Positions 48,417 to 61,331 of a DNA stretch of 64,000 nt are shown here, piece after piece. The position numbers were made by a program, and so were the translations under genes. This stretch comes from Tubulanus polymorphus. Taxonomy: Eukaryota > Animalia > Nemertea. The stretch lies in contig NC_134026.1 in assembly GCF_964204645.1 (NCBI RefSeq), positions 7,897,950-7,961,949 of the forward strand, given 5' to 3'. Numbering within the stretch: position 1 is the stretch's first letter; the number at the start of each line of letters is the position of its first letter. The notes under the pieces were generated by a model. It was given only the letters and a program-made list of their open reading frames with translations, did not search any database and had not been told where the DNA came from.

Positions 48417-49779
48417 TTTATGCCCCCCCCCCCCCCCCCCCATATAACGCCAACCGCCAGGTTTTCTCAATTGTACGTACATATCTGTACAAATACAAAG
48501 TAAACCGCCCCGTTATACCGCCAAAATCCGTTCTGCACCGGTGCAGGGCGGTATATCGGGGGCTGACTGTATTTGATCTGATCAGTTTTATATGATCTCG
48601 TTCTGGAAATGATCCGGGGGCGAAGAAATTTTGCCACCGTCAAAACCTTGATAAAAATCCTTGTACTCGAGTCGGGGGTTTGGTTTAAGATTCCGGAACA
48701 AAAATAAACGAACAGCAAAATGAATGGTTTTATGAATGTAGGTTTTATTCGCCTTGATTTCATAAAGACTCAAATTCCGGGTTCAATTCTTTCTAATCAA
48801 ATACTTCCAACTTAATTAATTATTTTAACGTCACTTCTGGTTTACATGTTGTTTTTGACCGAAAAGTTTTAGCACACAACACAATAATAAATGTAATAAC
48901 TAACAATTCTTATATCATATCTGACGAAAGTTATCAAATCAGAAAATATGAAATTCAACTCAAAAAAGATCCTACAGTTTTATAAAACATAGCATGTTTT
49001 ATATAAAAATCGTATTTTTCCTAAGCTATCAGTGAGGAGGTGCTCGTAAAGCTATCAGCAGCTACCCCACACTAGCTGTCATCAGCAACCCCAGTGTCAA
49101 TTAAATAACCGATTAACCCGAATAACTACTCAACACAAATAATAACTTTTCAATTACATAAATATTCAATTAATTGCAATTTACAAATCAGTTTTATATC
49201 AATTAATGATTAACTGTTGATTGACCGCGGCTAATAATGACAGGTCCCGGTTGGTTCTAGAGAGGTATAAGGCGAGCCGGAAAATAAATGAGCACAGACA
49301 GTACCTGATATTGGGCTATTTCTTTCTGCGAATAGAAACTAACAAACGACGCGTAATTGTAAACCATTTTTTGATTTGCATATCATAAAGGGATTTAAAC
49401 ATCAATCGATTATCAATCTACTTTATTGAATGTATAAAAATCCGATAGTAAAGCTTACTCCGGCACAAATAGCACATATATAGGAATGAAGTTCATTCCG
49501 TAGATACTATTCAATGCTGTAAGCAATATTTATCAGTAAACTGTAAAATGCACCCAAAATACATATACGCCATTCAAAATGCAGCGTAACAGAGTCCATT
49601 GTTGACTCGAGTAACCATGGTGTCAATCATCCACGGTGATTCGGGTAAGGGAAGATTAAGTATTTCGATGCCTCGAACATGAAATAGTTTTAGCAGAAAT
49701 TAATATTTATTTACAAACACGGAACAAATTGCTTGAATACTGTAATAATAGCTAAACTGGTGGAGAAACAAAGAGAGAG

Positions 49780-50156
49780 AAGAGTTCTGAGTTATCAATA
49801 AGAGTTCTGAGATATCTATATGAGCTCCGCATTGTTCTTAAGAGTTTCGAATTGTTTATATAAGAGTTCCGAATTGTTCACAAGAGTTCAGAATTGTTTA
49901 AACAACTTCCGAATTATTCATCAGAGTTCCGAATTGTTTTTAAGAATTTCGAATTGTTTATTAGAATTCCGAATTGTTTTAGTCAGTTCCGAATTGTTTA
50001 TAAGAGTTCTGAATTGTTTATAAGAGTTCCGAATGGTTTATGAAATTTACAAATTGTTTATGAAAATTCCGAATTGTTTTTAAGTTCGGGATTGTTTAAG
50101 AGAATTCCAAACTGTTTATGAGAATTCCAAATTGTTTTCTAGAGTTCCGAATTGTA
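49780..50156. repeat. ~20-bp tandem repeat (TAAGAGTTCCGAATTGTTTA) just downstream of the EB1 stop
   Basis: About 18 diverged tandem units. Confidence 0.9.
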
Positions 50157-50219
50157 TAGGTACAGTATGTATATATATATATCATATGTAATACAGGATG
50201 TAGATCGATCATAGTCCGT

Positions 50220-51437
50220 TCAATATTCATCGTCAAATTGCTCATCTTCAGGTGGAGCAAAACCTTCCTGTAATACATAAACGTTACAATCAGTACTAGG
50301 GGTTGCAAGGTGTTGTGTGTACAGGGGGGCAGGGGGACAGGGTACCTACTGATCAGACATTCCTGGATATATGTTTTCACCGAGGAAAATTTCAAATTTT
50401 TAGGAGCTGTCTACATCACTTTCATATCCCAATTATTGTATACTCCTAAATCGGTACTGTTTATCCTGGTAAACCCAGCACCTCGAAAAGCATTATCCGT
50501 ATTGAAGGAGTTTTTAAGGAATCAAGGAGTTCTAGGGAAGAGGACATGATACTAACCTCAGTTGCGTAAAGAATTCCGAGTATATTCTTTAAAACTGCAG
50601 GTCTCTCTTCGTCTTCTCCTCCTTGACACAAAACTTCAATGTCACGTAATTTACTGAAATAAAAATCTCTCTCTTTTTCCAAACCTTCGACCGTCAAATT
50701 TAATTCGTGCACCTAAAAAAAAATTCATTCAAATCAAACAATATTGTTCAGAGACACACGACATGGCGACCTCCATAAATCTCCCGAAGACATCATAACT
50801 ACCTACTTGCCTAAGTAATGTGATCTTTGCACTACACAATTCATGTTATAGATCCAATATTGTGGATAAATGATGTCATAGGGCATGGTTCCCACAGTAA
50901 CACATTAATTAAAAATTCCCAGGTTTTCCCCAAGTATTTCATGGGTGATTTTTCAATTTTCCAAAATGGAACATGGGGCCTTCAAAAAAATGAACAGATA
51001 TCATCATACTACAGTCAACATCTTAGTGGTGACAAGTGATATGCATGAAAAATTGCTGAAGATAGTTGCCCTGGGATGTAGATGAATTTCCCAATTATTT
51101 CCCTGATTAAAGGAAAATTTCTCAAATTCCCAAATATTCCAAACTGGGATTTACTATTTCCAAATTCCCAAGTTTTTTCCAATTTCCCTGTTCTGTCGGA
51201 ACCATGATAGGGGTATTCATGCCGAGGCCGCCAAGAATAGGTGGCCATATCTTAAGACCGGGCCGACGGAAAATAAAGGCTGTACCTTATTGCTCAATTC
51301 TTCTAATTGTCTCGCATCACCACCAGCGCCCCCTTGTGTTTGCCTATGTGAAGCGACACCTTTAGGTTTATAAGCGCTGGTCTGTCGAGGAGGCATCGCT
51401 GCTTTAGGAGCTGTCAAAATACAACCACATACATCTA

Positions 51438-51476
<39 letters not shown>

Positions 51477-52786
51477 TTTAGGGCTGGGGGAGGAAGGGAA
51501 TGGGGACATTTCTCTCTATGCATCACATAATTGGACGGTGGAAGACAGTGTTGAAATGATGGGTTGAATCTGTCCTAGGATCAGTTTCACGGGAAAAAAC
51601 TGATCTCTTTTGAAAATCATTATCTAAGGCATTTGGTCTTAAATCGATTTAAGATTTAATTGATTTTGGTGAATGAAATTGGGTCCAGAATGTTGAATAT
51701 AGATACCAATAGTTGATACATACAGGGTCGTTTAGTAACAGATGCGACCGGTTTTACGCGGCTTCCACCGGGATTATCAATCAACGGAGCTCCGCCTCGT
51801 CGGGCTACAGCGTCGTACTCCTTTCCGTCATAATTAGCGTCGAAAAACCTCTTAAACCACTGCAGAAACTCAAAATTATCCTGAAACTTCGATTTAATAA
51901 GTCGGTCGACTGGAATTTGCTGAAAAACATATCATTTACATGTAATTTCTCGTATGCGAGAAAGGGGCGGAGTCTAGAAGAGTTTGATTAACAGGTTACC
52001 TTATCTATTCCTAACTCTTTAAAGAGTTTCTGCACAATTTTGAAGTTGTGAATAAATTCGTGCTCCAATTTAGCTCCAAATTTCACTTTATTAAATACTC
52101 TATGTATGAAAAATAAACAATAAAACAATATTTATGAATACCAGGCTGATGGGGAGTGGGGCCCCTTAAGGGTCAGGGGTAAAACAAACACTAGGCTATG
52201 GTGGGGCCCTACCTGTCACGGATATGACAACCACCAGGCTGAGGGTGCCCCTAAGGTTAGGAAAACGCTAGGCTGACTTGGGGCCCTAAGGGTCAGGGGT
52301 AGGACAAACGCTAGGCTGAGGGCCCCTAAATGCCGGGCTAAGGGCCTGAAGGGTCAGCGGTAGGACAAAGAGCAAGGGCCCTTAGGGTAGGAAAAACACC
52401 AAGTTGAGCTGAACTGATAAACTGATAAACAACAGACAGATTGGGGGCCCTAAGGGCAGGGAAAGCCCTACAGTCAGGAAACACACATCATCTGAGAACT
52501 AAATACATACTTATCTATATCAAACAACATATCTAACAGCTGTATATACGCACAACCTGTAAATACACAACAACATTCAAATATCATCATCATCGCTAGT
52601 GACCTTGAGAACAGGACTAGCAGAGCACTAGTGGACTATGAGAGGACTGGTCTTACCATTAGACATTTGTTCTATTTTAGTAAAGTTTCCATCTAATGAA
52701 CTGTTTAACCAAGCGATCATCTCATGACGACTCATATTGTCAGACGTAGCGTTCGTGCTCATTACATTGCGTACTTCAAGTGACAT
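50220..52786 (-). CDS. MAPRE1: Microtubule-associated protein RP/EB family (EB1), 7 coding exons, ~266 aa
   Basis: Exons 52786-52657, 52556-52511, 52099-52000, 51919-51724, 51410-51286, 50712-50557, 50267-50220. CH domain ([29 protein letters not shown]), EBH domain ([25 protein letters not shown]), acidic-aromatic tail DEY. Confidence 0.96.
52140..52470. repeat. Degenerate GC-rich tandem repeat (GGCTGA..GGCCCTAAGGG) in EB1 intron 2
   Basis: Recurrent GGCCCCTAAGGG / CTAGGCTGA motifs. Confidence 0.65.
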
Positions 52787-53952
52787 TGTGCTGGCTAATA
52801 GGTGGTGCTGCTCCGTTCAAAATCAGTCTATTGTATCGTATGATGTGCTGCTGTATCGGTGATTCTCAAATCGGCCACTAGGTGACACTGCTCTCTCAGT
52901 CAATCACGGCTTTAAATAAATAATTAGGGGCCTACAATTAGTAATCTTTAAATTTGGGACAAGATTTATAACTCTGACAAACCCGAACCCCAGAGGAGCT
53001 TGTATCCCCCCCCCCCCCACAAGCCTGCCCTCGGTTCCTCCACCCAGACACATACATTGTCAGACTGACGACGCCAGACTGAACCAGACTCAGAATCTCT
53101 GCTGATGTGGAGGGACCGCTGGGTCAGGGAAACGCCAGCTGGACGGAGAGCTGTCACCGCCCTCAAGGGCAGGACTTGAGCTACGATATAACGTAGAGGA
53201 AACACCTACAGGTGTGAGGAGGACGAGTGAGGGAATCTTGACTGGCCCTGGCAGGCGAGGTTGATTTGATTGATGACTAATTTGAATGAACACTCCTTTA
53301 CTCGCCGCTCAACTCACCGACCCCTGATCATATGAATACACACGTATATACATCATTGATTAACAATAAACAATCATATGAATACATGTATTTAATAAAA
53401 TACGAACCAATTAAATTAGAACGTAGCGGCGAACCTGTGGTGGTCGTGCTAATTAACAACACTAAACAATTCGACAGCCCGGCGCCGACTCGATCAATAC
53501 TCCTCCAGTCCGATCTTAGCAAATTAAACGTAAATAGTTTCGTATCGTAATCTTTTAATATATTATCTTAAATAAAATCTGAAAGTGTATTTAGAAATCC
53601 TCTGAAATGAGAATAAACTTATTAATAATAAAGTCAGGTGCAAAGAGGTGGCAGCACGTGATGGTGTTCATTATTTTTACCGATCACAACTGTAAAGCTG
53701 AATAAAAAATAATTTACAGTAACGTAAATCCTCAAAAAAATCAATTGAACGAATCTCGAAGACCAAGCACTTCTTTCATTTACAGCTTCAATACCAATAA
53801 ATATCAATTCAATTGATTATATTTATAAACCGAGCCGGTTCCGATATGCGCGCGCAGCTCGTATCGAAAACTCGGTGACTTCGCAAAAAATAGGGGAAGA
53901 TACGTCGTTTTGTTTATTTGTAATTTGTGGGTGTTTTTGAAAAGATTTTAAG

Positions 53953-56572
53953 ATGGAATGCCTGATTGGAATTCAAGGCAAGGATTTCGTGTTAGTTGCG
54001 GCGGATACTTCAGCGTCAAGAAGCGTGCTTACTATGAAATTAGGTATCAAATCTTACTTTTTCTTCTTCGAAAATCACTAAATCGAATGACTGACTGAAC
54101 TTTTTTACACGTCACAAGTCTCTCTACACCGAGCCTGGTGTAAAACCTTTCATCTTTTGAGCACAGTATCCTCGGTACTACTATTAGGTGCCGCCTATAT
54201 ATCAAGAAAAAGTATTACATACCCTGTATGTATGTCCGACCTGGGCTCCTGGGTGGTAAGCTTTTTATAATCGGATGGGCTTATACCAACGTTAGGGATG
54301 ACAAGGACCAAAACACGTAAAAGTAACACTTCAAAAATATACTTTCTATCCACTTCAGTCCACAATTAATGGCTTAATTCACAAACTAACACGGGTACCT
54401 TTCGAAATAATCCAATTCTATGTATGTTTCGAGTGATTAATCAACATTATTTTGAGAAATTAATTAATTTCTTTACAAATTTCGCCATTGGCCGCCGTTT
54501 CTCTGTATTGCACATGTGGCATGATAAGACAAGGGGACCTACAAGGATTTAGATAAAACTTTCAAGACGAAACGACAATTTTTATTTTTGATGGTTTTCC
54601 AACCTATATTTCAAATCTTCGTGTTTTCCATTATAAATAATGAAATAATAAATTCTGGTAAAAGAAAAATGTGAATAAGTGTTGATTTCTTAATATTTTT
54701 CAATTTCGTCGTTTCGCTTCGTTAGTTTGTGCTGTTGTCCTGGCCTCAGTCCACAGGTGCCAGCACCTCCAGTAATTTTCAAAATGGCAGCTGTCGACTC
54801 TACGGAAATTTACTCTCACTTTACGGCCGATTTGCACATGGATTAAGATCGTCAGGTGAGGTGTTATAGGTATCAGACAAACTACGAATCTGTTGTGTGT
54901 CGATTACAACAAAAATTTGACGGATATCTTAAGAGACAATGAAATGCCAGGCAAATTACTTGTCAGTCAAATTGGCTGACGAAGATTTCATACAAAAATG
55001 ACCTTCCCATTCCTGACTGTGGTTTGTGAAAATATCCGATCGTGAAACTAAACCACAGACAGGTTACTGACTAGGCTCATTCGTACAAGATTTTTGTTCC
55101 AAAACCCTAGCTTATTAATAGTAGGCCCTGCCGTGGCCAAAAGTGATGAATCTCGATGGCGTTTTTGTTGATTTTGTTGTGAATATTTTCAGATCAAGAT
55201 AAAATGTTGAAAATGAACAGTCGTCAGATAATGTTAGTATCCGGTGAAGCTGGTGATACAGTTCAATTTGCTGAATACATCGCAAAGAATATACAACTTT
55301 ATAAAATGAGAAATGGTTAGTGTCTCTGTGTGCCATCCCTGGACCCTGTATATGTCCCTGTAGCTGCACTCTCCCTCCCCCGCCCAGACCTGGCTGTATA
55401 ATAATTGCGTTGGTTGTTTTTATTTTGTAGGGTATGAACTATCAACGACTGCCGCCGCTCACTTCACCCGTAAAAATCTCGCCGAATTCATCAGAAGCAG
55501 GGTAAGCTCCAAATAACAGTCCATTTACTGAGTTTATTATCAGCATCCCGATATAAATCCATTAGAAGTTACCTTACACTAGTGTTATCTTCAAATCAAC
55601 AAATATTTTTATCTTGTGATCCGAATAACAGTCCGTTTGCTTAGTTCAGTGTATAGGATTACGATAGACCTAACACTGGTGTTACCTTGTTAACTGTCTA
55701 CTTCTCTCGATACAGACCCCGTATATGGTGAATCTACTATTAGCCGGTTACGATGATGAAGATGGTCCGTCTCTATACTACATGGATTACCTCGGGTCAT
55801 CCGTTAAATTGCCATTCGGTTGTCATGGATATGGGGCGTTTATGTCTTTGAGTATATTGGATAAGATGTATAAACCGGGTAAGAGTGTCTGCTCACGTAC
55901 GGCAGACTCAGAATGTTTGTTGAAATGCGTATTTTTGTGAAGTTATCTATGAAGTGGGACACATTTTTACAGTCCCAAAGGACTTGAGCGGATAAACTGA
56001 CAATCAAATGATGATATTTCAAAATGCTATTTGAAAATTTTATTTTTCGCAATTTTCAATAGAAAAATGATATTTCGAAATTTCAAGGAGAAGCCTTGAT
56101 TTCATTTGTGAATTTGTTTCAGATTTGACGAAAGAAGAAGCAATAAAACTATTGGAGAAATGTGTTACAGAGGTAATAAATACCCTGATGTAGTGCCACA
56201 CTCTTAAACCCTAAATTTAATCTTAAATATTATACCTGATGCTGACACCTAACACTCACCCTAGCAATTAAACTAGTGTGATTGGTCTGATAACATCCCT
56301 TACGCATGTTCTCTTAAGTACCAAGTTAACCACACAGCCTTGTACGCACCCCCTCCCGGCCCCAGGATACATGAATACGAATAACGTATTTGTTTCAATC
56401 TCTCTTTCATTAAACAAGCTTTTTCTTTTAATCTGAATTTCTTTGAAATTTCCTGTCTTTTTAGATCCAGAAAAGACTCTGTTTGAATTTGAAGACGTTT
56501 AAAGTGCGTTTAGTTGACAAAGATGGTATTCATGATTTAGCAGGAATTCCATGTGAACCAGCTGTAGCCTAA
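53953..56572 (+). CDS. PSMB2: Proteasome subunit beta type-2 (beta4), 6 exons, 201 aa
   Basis: Exons 53953-54043, 55193-55315, 55431-55501, 55716-55878, 56123-56172, 56465-56572. Motifs [53 protein letters not shown]. Confidence 0.97.
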
Positions 56573-56852
56573 AAAATCAATCCCTCATCACTCCGTCAGT
56601 GACAGGGCCCGATTCAGTTTCAAACATCTCTGTGTAAAATATTTGTAAAAAATAAATACAACTAAATGTTTATAAATTCGTGTGGAATTTATTGCTACTA
56701 TTTGTTCACTCGCAACTACCTTGCTTTGGGTTATTTTCGCTAAGCGAGGAACGTGAGCCCGCAAAAAATGTCACCAGTCAGATGCTGCCATCTGTGAAAC
56801 CGCAAACATGACTCTCCTGTGCTGCCATCTAGAAGCTGTTAGATGAACCTCT

Positions 56853-56876
56853 GTTGCTACAACGTTGCTAGGCGAA
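56853..56876 (+). promoter_or_regulatory. Putative RFX X-box-like site upstream of CFAP95
   Basis: GTTGCTACAAC-GTTGCTAGGCGAA about 60-80 bp before the ATG of a ciliary gene. Confidence 0.5.
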
Positions 56877-56934
56877 TCGCATTGGCTTCCTGGTTCAGTG
56901 TTTTGAAATTTTATAAGTGATCGCTACCAGTAAA

Positions 56935-58997
56935 ATGTCAACGGGTTTTGTGTTACCAGATTTTGTCGAGAGGAAGGGTTCTCTGTTTTTACGATGTGAT
57001 CACATGAACTACAGTCGGGCTACTCTGAATTCTAACTGGTAAGTCCGAGTTGAATTATTGGCCTGCCTTATTAAAATTTAAAAAAATGTCTGTCTATTTC
57101 AACTTCGATTCGTCACACTTACTTACTTGACTTGTTGACTTGAGAGAGCATGTGGCCTAACTCATTCATTTTAGGTGGTACATACCTGATAAAAGTCTTA
57201 TTAGGACCAGAAAGGACTGGCAGTTGACTACTAATGTTTAATCCATTTTTTACTGTATTGCGATGCATGAGGGATATCCAAAAAGTCTTCATTGAAAGGG
57301 GTTGAAAAGAGAAAATTTAAAAAAGTTTAACAATATGTTTCCATGCCTACACAGCAAACTTCACTTGGTATGCACGGACAACATATTGTTCATTTTTCAA
57401 ATCATGGAGTCTCTTTTCTCTCACAAACCCCCTTTTAATGCAGACTTGCTGTACCTATATCCTTAATGCAGTGAAGAATGGATTAAAAAACAATGTTTTA
57501 GGTCAACTGTCAGTGCTTTTCCGGTCCTAATAAGACTTTTATCATGTAGGCTATGTACCATCAAAAATGACTGAGCTAGGCCACCTGATGTCCTCTCAAG
57601 TCCAAGTTCAAATTAGACATTGTGTACACCGCACAAATTTACCAACAATGGCAACCAACCATGGTCCATAGACCATAAACCATCCCTGTCTCAGAGTCCA
57701 AACAAATTTTGAATTGTTCTTTTTTTTAAAACTATTTTCAGGCATCAGGCTCGAGAATCAGAAACTAAAGATTATGAGATCAGCACAGATTCAGTTCGAG
57801 ATCTGCGCAGAGCTACGTATAACAGAATAGGAAATATTACTGATGGGGTGAGCTGAGGACGAGTGCCTTCATCTACGAGGGAGGGCTATTTAAATACAGT
57901 AATTCAATTGAAATATCATTCAACTAGCCTAATCGCATTGTTTGATTACTATTTTAGACGCTACCGAACACAACTTACCAGGAATTATGTAATCAAAGTT
58001 TACTTAAAAATCAATTTCAAGAACAAGAAATTGGAAAATCATTAGTGAATGAAGAAACTTTTGGAGATATCAACAATGACAGGTAAAATACTATAAAACA
58101 AAGTCTGCTAGGGGTAACCCTTTAAGACGTACTGATTGGTATTCACACTGTTCCAAGAGTAATCAGTAAGACGAACTGCTATTCAGGGGTTCACACTGTT
58201 CTATAGGGGTAATCCTAAAGATCAGCTGGCATATTCAACTCTAACTCGGTATGCAGGCTTTCAGTTAATCATTTAGTTTTGTTTGATTGCTTTTTTTAGA
58301 GATACTGGTGCACCTAAAAATGGATACGGATCAGTTTTACCGTGTCATAATCCGGACCACGATAAACAACATCTAGAAACAACTCACAGAGCCGATTATA
58401 TACCTCCCTATCCATATACACCAGCTGAGGTTAGTAGGCCTGATACCTTCCTACATACCTAGGGGGGCCAAACAAGTTTCATGGGTCTGAACCCCTGCCT
58501 TTCCACGAAGTTTGCCCTTTTTGTCAAGACAGAGATCAGATACAAATTTGAAACCGATTCTGTCAAGAATTGCATTTTAAAGGTGTTCTTTTTTAAATTT
58601 CTGGCCCTAATGGTGGGACCTTACTTGTGGGCTTCAGCAAGGCTAGGAAAGCCTTTCATTTTCTTTGAGCGCGACCCTGCCTTCCAAATGTCCGTAGATC
58701 CATCCCAGCTACGCCTTTCCTGTCCATCTATGTATAGAATTGTCCTCTTCACTTTCCGCAGCCGGGAAGGATGACATTCTTTTCATCTTCATTGTTTTTC
58801 AGGAGAAGCCGAAAGATTTCGCGGATCACTCTTTAGCGTATAAGAAATGCAATTCACAGTTTAGTGATACAGCAGATTATCGTAGACTGGGACGCAATAC
58901 GTGGCAGGACGAGAGCGGCATTTATACAAATACTCACTATAAGCGTCAGCTATCAACTTATCAGCCCACTCAAACAATACCGGAACGATTACAATAG
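56935..58997 (+). CDS. CFAP95: Cilia- and flagella-associated protein 95 (C9orf135 homolog), 5 exons, ~219 aa
   Basis: Exons 56935-57038, 57742-57847, 57958-58082, 58300-58429, 58803-58997. Motifs PDFVERKGSLFLR, TYNRIG, DYIPPY, KKCNSQFSD, GRNTWQDESGIY match recalled C9orf135. Confidence 0.9.
57138..57601. mobile_element. Old palindromic MITE in CFAP95 intron 1
   Basis: Diverged long inverted arms (ACTTGAGAG..GATAAAAGTCTTATTAGGACC / GGTCCTAATAAGACTTTTATC..CTCTCAAGT). Confidence 0.75.
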
Positions 58998-59439
58998 ATA
59001 TGTCCGGACTTATCTGCCGACTCAATGAACATATCCGGATTATTTCTCAATAAAATGAAGAATAAAACAATTTCAGATTAAATGTGAATATATTTGTGGC
59101 GCGTTAAAATTGATGAAATTATGAAACGAGGTATTAGAAAAACATGTTCTTGACATGTTCTAGGCAATGAAATTCGATGTATATAGCCTGCTATTTATCT
59201 GTTTATGCGATACAGAAAAAGGCAATGATCAATATTTTAATTCAAATTCCAGGAGAGAACTTCCATTATCTATTTTAGTTATTAAAAATGATATAAATGC
59301 GATGGTGTTCATTTCGTTTATTATATTCGAGGATGTGCAAGCATCAAACTGTTCAAAATTATGAATGAAAAAATTTGGCCATTAGTGATTGCTCGGTGCC
59401 AATTGGTCTTGAGGTGGATCGTTGTCGTTTACCATCCAC

Positions 59440-59870
59440 TCCGGGCCTTTTATCCACATTGACCTCATGAGTTCGTCATGCGTAAGTCTGCTAGATTTTG
59501 TTTCGATGGTGCATTGTGCCAATCATATGTATTGCTGAGCTGTTTAATGGCTGTGACTCGTTTTTTGCTAACAGAATAAGACCTTTTTTTCTGACTGCAA
59601 GGCGAGGTTCGCTGCCATGACCATGCCTTCTAATTCGAACTTTGGGACTGTCCACTTGGCCTTTGCTTTGGAGATGACCTTGTTCTCCGAGCCTATGAGA
59701 CGCTGAGGTATCTTGTCCTCACTATTCTGCATTGCAGAATACAATCGGTGTAATCGGTAACTGGATGACGAATCCGAGCCATCTTCAGATTTCGATCCGA
59801 CAAGTCTGGTTTAGCTGGTTTTGAATGACATTTCAAAGGAAGCGTAGATCACATTTCATGTCTTTCTCCA
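59440..59870 (-). mobile_element. Degenerate BEL/Pao LTR-retrotransposon pol fragment (RNase H region)
   Basis: The minus strand gives NKVISKAKAKWTVPKFELEGMVMAANLA and KKRVTAIKQLSNTYDWHNAPSKQNLADL, matching BEL/Pao TIPRLEL and NRV..W.HV.S..NPAD motifs. Confidence 0.7.
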
Positions 59871-59899
59871 TCAGTTGCACCGACAAAGATACACGTGCC

Positions 59900-60183
59900 A
59901 TTCCGGCTGATGGGTAGGACACCATACTACCAGTCCGGATGGTATCTTCTAATGGGTAGGAGACCACTCTACCAGTCTGCATGGTGTCTCCTAATGGGTA
60001 GGACACCACTCTACCAGCCTAGATGGTACATGTATCTTCTTATGGGTAGGACACTACTCATCCAGCCCAGATGGTATCTTCTAACGGGTTGGACACCTTT
60101 CTTCCAGAGTGGACGGTATCTCCTTATGGGTAAACCAGTCTGGACAATGTCTTACCCTATGGGTAGGAGATAATTCTTCCAGT
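59900..60183. repeat. ~42-bp tandem repeat (ATGGGTAGGACACCACTCTACCAG..ATGGTATCTTCTA)
   Basis: About 6 tandem units; explains the repetitive ORF 59895-60173. Confidence 0.88.
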
Positions 60184-61331
60184 ATAAAAAGAGTTCCGAT
60201 CCGACCCATATCTCAATGAAATTAGAATATAATCATTTATTTTTTCAACTACATTTAATTCATTGTCAGCTATTTTGCCTCCATAGTTACAAAATTCAAA
60301 AATCGACATTGGTAACTAGTGATAACAATTACTACTACGTATCCAAGGGAAGACAAAATGGCCACCGAATTAATGATGCACTAAACTCTATAATATAATC
60401 AAGCATTCAAAGATTTCTTCATCTTGGCAAAAATTGGTTCAATGAACTTTTAGATGTTGGGAAGAATTCTTTGAATAAGATGAAAATGGGTTCATATCAT
60501 AGAGGGGGAGGGTTCGTTAATGCATCCACAAGGGAGGGGGTTGAAAATCAGCAAAATCTGGTGAACTAACTTCACAACCACCAATTCCCCTCACCCATGG
60601 ATGAAGGAGTAAAAACAATGAGTTTAAAACCAGAAAAATTGCCAGGATATCTGAGTCAACAACCTTGGAAATTTGGAAAATCAAATTAATCTAAATTGAA
60701 TCAAATAGTTTCAGTTTCAATCTCATTTGTTTTCTTTCCTTGTGAGAAATTTTCTTTAAAATTTAGCAGATTTTGGAGATGGAATACATGAAAAGTAGTA
60801 TTAACTTTATCAAAACTCACAAAATTTGCCCAACTTAAACAATGAAGGAAGTCTACAAATAAATCTAACTACATTATGAAAAGCATCAAGCTGTGATGAC
60901 AGTGGTGGTCAGTACTGTGACCAGTGACCACAGTGGTCAGTACTATAAACATGATTTTTAAAGTCAAATTTGGTTGTTAATATATAAAATCTATAAAATC
61001 ATTTACAAAAAAGTATCAATATAAAAACAATATAATTTCAGTATAAAATTTGCACCAGATAGTTGTGTTTTACTTTAAAATCAAACATGATTATCAATGC
61101 TATTTAAGAATCCTTAAAAGTCTCGAGGAATTTTACCACAGTGACAACAAGATACTATCCAAATCCAAGTCCAAGTCCATGTCCGAAGCAAAGTTCATGA
61201 GTCCTATTGTTTTCTAGTTGAAGGTGAAGCTCATTACAACCGCGACTTCAAAGTTCCGTAATTTGTGGATCGCCCAAATATATTCATAACAAATTCAAAC
61301 ACGAATTGTAATGATTAGCGTAACCTATAGT

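Larger units (their letters stand above)
35434..48606 (+). repeat. Tandem segmental duplication: copy A 35434-41944, copy B 41945-48606
   Basis: Collinear near-identical genes and intergenic DNA (36003/42513, 37926/44965, 40275/46947, 41357/48030). Junction TCTCGTTCTGG|ATATCTCTAGAACG. Confidence 0.93.

Noticed and set aside
51217-51477. Poly-Asp N terminus in ORF
   Set aside because: It is an intronic (CAT)n microsatellite in frame with EB1 exon 5.
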